This document shows positions 61,125-64,000 of a stretch of DNA of 64,000 nt, piece after piece. The notes beneath the pieces were generated by a model. It searched no databases, had not been told where the DNA came from, and saw nothing but the letters and a program-made list of their open reading frames with translations. Source of the stretch: an uncultured Gemmataceae bacterium (lineage in GTDB: Bacteria > Planctomycetota > Planctomycetia > Gemmatales > Gemmataceae); assembly GCA_963750165.1 (NCBI GenBank), contig CAVVPN010000003.1:2336001-2400000 (forward strand). The letters run 5' to 3'. Within the stretch, counting starts at the first letter, position 1; every line of letters begins with the position of its first letter. The position numbers and the translations under genes are program-made.

Positions 61125-63269
61125 ATGAGCAGGTCCGCACGATTCTTGCTGCCCGCCGCGCTGCTGGCGCTGCTGCTGGAGCCGAGCCCGGCGCTCGCCT
61201 ACATCGGCCCCGGCGCCGGCTTTGCCCTGGCCGGCTCGTTCCTGGCGGTGTTCGCCGCCATGTTCTCGGCCGTGATGCTGCTGTTGACCTGGCCGGTGCG
61301 CCTGCTCTGGCGCGTCCTCTTCCGACGGCGACCGCCGTGCAGCCGCTTCAAGCGCGTCGTCATCCTCGGTTTGGACGGCCTCGACTACACACTGACCGAA
61401 CAGATGCTCGCCGAGGGCAAACTGCCGCACCTCGAAGCGTTGCGCAAGCAGGGCTGCTTCAAACCGCTGGCGACCACGCTGCCGTCGATTTCACCGGTGG
61501 CGTGGTCGTCGTTCCAGACCGGCACCAACCCGGGCAAGCACAACATCTATGATTTCCTGACGCCGGACCTCAAGACGTATGAGCCGAAGTTGAGTTCCGT
61601 GGAAATCCGGCCGCCGCGGCGCATGCTCCGCCTCGGCAAGTACCGCATTCCGCTGGGCCGCGCGGATGTGCGCTTGCTGCGCAAGAGCCGGCCGTTCTGG
61701 AACTACCTCGGCGATCGCGGCATCTTCAGCAGCATTATTCGTGTGCCGATCACGTTCCCGCCGGAAAAGCTCCGCGGCGTGCTGCTGTCGGCGATGTGTG
61801 TGCCGGACCTGCGCGGCACCCAGGGCATGTTCTCGCACTACACCACGCGGCCGCAGCAACCTGGCGTGCGCACCGGCGGCGAGGTTCACCACGTCACCCG
61901 CACCGGCAACAAAATCCGCGCTGACCTCATCGGGCCGGAGAATCCGTTCCTGACCGACCGCAGCGTGCTGAAGGCGCCGTTCGTTGTCACGTTCAAGCGC
62001 GACCGCGTGTTTCTGAAGATCGGCGGCGACCGCCATGAGCTGCGCAAGGACGTGTACACGGACTGGATTCGCGTCGGCTTCCGTGTCGCCCCGGGCGTCA
62101 GTGTGTATGGGCTGTGCAAATTCCTGCTGCTGGAGAACGGCGCCGAGTTCGGCCTGTACGTGACGCCGGTCAACATCGACCCGGAAAACCCGGTGATGCC
62201 GATCAGCTGGCCATCGGTCTATGCCCTTTACCTGGCGAAGCGGCAGGGGCCGTTCGCGACGCTCGGCCTGGCCGAGGACACCTGGGCGGTCAACGAGCAC
62301 GTCCTGGGCGATCAGGGCTTTTTGCAGCAGTGCCTGGACGCCGACCGCGAGCGCGAGGCGATGTTCTTCGATTCGCTGGACAAGGTGCAGCGCGGCCTGT
62401 GCGTGGTGGTCTTCGACGGCCCCGACCGGCTGCAACACATGTTCTGGCGCAACATCGACCCAACGCATCCCGCCCGCGCCAACCATCCGGTGCCGGAGGG
62501 TCGTAACTACATCGAGGACCTGTACCGGAACATGGACGACCTGGTCGGCCGCACGATGGCGAAGTGTCAGGGCGATGACAATCTGCTGATGGTCATCTCG
62601 GACCACGGTTTCAATAACTTCCGCCGCGGTCTCGACCTGAACCGCTGGCTGGAGGAGTACGGCTACCTGGTGTTTCATGAGGGGCGGCGCAACGAGGAGT
62701 TTCTGGCGGGCGTCGATTGGTCGCGGACGCGGGCCTTCGCTCTCGGGTTGACCGGCATCTTCATCAACCTGCGCGGCAAGTACGCGCAGGGCATCGTCGA
62801 GTCGGGCGAATCGGCCGACCAGCTCCGCGAGGAGATCGCCCGGAAGCTCACAAGCCTGGTTGATCCGCAGACCGGGGCCAGCGCCATCAAGCGGACGTAT
62901 GTGACGGCGAAGGTGTATCGTGGCCCGTATGTGGATCACGCGCCGGACCTGATCCCCGGCTACCAGCGCGGCTACCGCGTCTCCTGGGAAACGGCCATCG
63001 GCCGCGGCACTGAGTCCGTTTTCCACGACAACACCAAGGCGTGGAGCGGCGACCACTGCATCGACCCATCGCTCATCCCCGGCGTGCTGTTTTGCAACCG
63101 CCCGCTGGACGTGGAGAACCCGCGGCTGCTGGACATCGGGCCGACCGTGCTGGATCTGTTCGGCGTGGACGTGCCCGGCCACATGGACGGCCAGGTGTGG
63201 GGGGTGGGCGGCGACGAGAACAGTGTGGCGCCGCGGCGCGAACTGGATACTGCAATCAAGGTGACCTGA
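61125..63269 (+). CDS. Alkaline-phosphatase superfamily (nucleotide pyrophosphatase/phosphodiesterase) protein
   Basis: AYIGPGAG N-terminus. VILGLDGLD, SPVAWSSFQTGTNPGKHNIYDF, DRLQHMFW, ISDHGF and WSGDHC motifs. Confidence 0.9.
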   Translation: MSRSARFLLPAALLALLLEPSPALAYIGPGAGFALAGSFLAVFAAMFSAVMLLLTWPVRLLWRVLFRRRPPCSRFKRVVILGLDGLDYTLTEQMLAEGKLPHLEALRKQGCFKPLATTLPSISPVAWSSFQTGTNPGKHNIYDFLTPDLKTYEPKLSSVEIRPPRRMLRLGKYRIPLGRADVRLLRKSRPFWNYLGDRGIFSSIIRVPITFPPEKLRGVLLSAMCVPDLRGTQGMFSHYTTRPQQPGVRTGGEVHHVTRTGNKIRADLIGPENPFLTDRSVLKAPFVVTFKRDRVFLKIGGDRHELRKDVYTDWIRVGFRVAPGVSVYGLCKFLLLENGAEFGLYVTPVNIDPENPVMPISWPSVYALYLAKRQGPFATLGLAEDTWAVNEHVLGDQGFLQQCLDADREREAMFFDSLDKVQRGLCVVVFDGPDRLQHMFWRNIDPTHPARANHPVPEGRNYIEDLYRNMDDLVGRTMAKCQGDDNLLMVISDHGFNNFRRGLDLNRWLEEYGYLVFHEGRRNEEFLAGVDWSRTRAFALGLTGIFINLRGKYAQGIVESGESADQLREEIARKLTSLVDPQTGASAIKRTYVTAKVYRGPYVDHAPDLIPGYQRGYRVSWETAIGRGTESVFHDNTKAWSGDHCIDPSLIPGVLFCNRPLDVENPRLLDIGPTVLDLFGVDVPGHMDGQVWGVGGDENSVAPRRELDTAIKVT

Positions 63270-64000
63270 TGGCGGCGAAGCGAAACATCAGCCGGCGGAC
63301 GTTCCTCAAGGGCGCGGCCGCGGCGGCGGCGGTCGGCGCCGCGGCGGTGGGCACCGGCGTCTGGCTCGGCAGTCAGGGGCGCGTGTCGCGCACCGCCGGC
63401 AAGAAGGTGATCGTCATCGGCGTGGACGGCATGGATCCGCGGTTGTGCGAGTACATGCTCGAACAGAACCAGCTACCGAACCTGAAGCGGCTGCGCGACG
63501 CGGGCGGCTTCAGCGACCTGGCCACCAGTATGCCGCCGCAGAGCCCCGTCGCCTGGGCCAACTTCATCAACGGCGCCGGCCCGGGCGATCACGGCGTCTT
63601 CGACTTCATCCAGCGCCACCCCGACCGGCCGTGGAGCGACGAGATGCCGCTGAACCCGTTCTACGGCGGCTCGGAAACCTTGCCCGGCGTGGGCGCGTGG
63701 GAGGTCGGCGACTACAGCCTGCCGCTCGACTTCTGGCCGTTTAACCACCAGCCGCAGCGCACCATCCTGCGCCGCAAGGGGGTGCCGTTCTGGGATTTTC
63801 TGGACGCGGCGGGCGTGCCCTCGACGTTCTACGACCTGCCGTGCAACTACCCGCCGAGCCCGTCGCACCACGGCCACCACCGCTGCCTGTGCGGCATGGG
63901 CACCACGGACGTGATGGGCAGCGACCCGGGCCTGTACCAGTATTTCGCCCAGATCCTGCCCGCAGAGAGTGAGCGGCTGGCGGGCGGCACGCACACGCTG
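63269..64000 (+). CDS. Tat-exported alkaline-phosphatase superfamily protein (partial, runs off the window)
   Basis: ATG overlaps the upstream TGA. MAAKRNISRRTFLKG twin-arginine signal. VIVIGVDGMDP and PQSPVAWANFI.G..PG.HGVFDF motifs. Confidence 0.88.
   Translation, partial: MAAKRNISRRTFLKGAAAAAAVGAAAVGTGVWLGSQGRVSRTAGKKVIVIGVDGMDPRLCEYMLEQNQLPNLKRLRDAGGFSDLATSMPPQSPVAWANFINGAGPGDHGVFDFIQRHPDRPWSDEMPLNPFYGGSETLPGVGAWEVGDYSLPLDFWPFNHQPQRTILRRKGVPFWDFLDAAGVPSTFYDLPCNYPPSPSHHGHHRCLCGMGTTDVMGSDPGLYQYFAQILPAESERLAGGTHTL

Overview
GC-rich bacterial chromosome segment, almost certainly from a planctomycete of the Gemmataceae type. The evidence is a DUF1559 prepilin-like gene, a BBP7-like beta-barrel, an 'LEDRxxP' extracellular leader, a PEP-CTERM protein and many GTAG/GTGG REP palindromes. 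The window contains the replication-origin gene block (short dnaA, putative oriC, dnaN, DUF721/DciA, gyrB), sucC/sucD, psd, pfaD, a type III PKS cluster, an ABC transporter operon interrupted by an IS630 element, several phosphatase/sulfotransferase genes and tRNA-Glu(TTC). About a dozen genes carry single-base frameshifts, mostly in G/C runs; these look like long-read errors rather than pseudogenes. The most striking observation is a 2.6-kb transposon (54193-56810) with GGCTTTG inverted ends, a 9-bp target duplication and a SWIM+DDE transposase. As cargo it carries a class II tRNA gene with a tRNA-Leu-type body but a Gly (CCC) anticodon, a second irregular tRNA-like gene and a divergent ribbon-helix-helix gene, making it a candidate mobile mistranslation or tRNA-decoy module. 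Other notable items are a degenerate Mokosh-like helicase pair, a PEP-CTERM cassette flanked by a synonymous duplicate of the PKS 3' end, and a promoter-driven twin-hairpin RNA candidate. All calls come from reading the sequence and recognising motifs; no searches were run.
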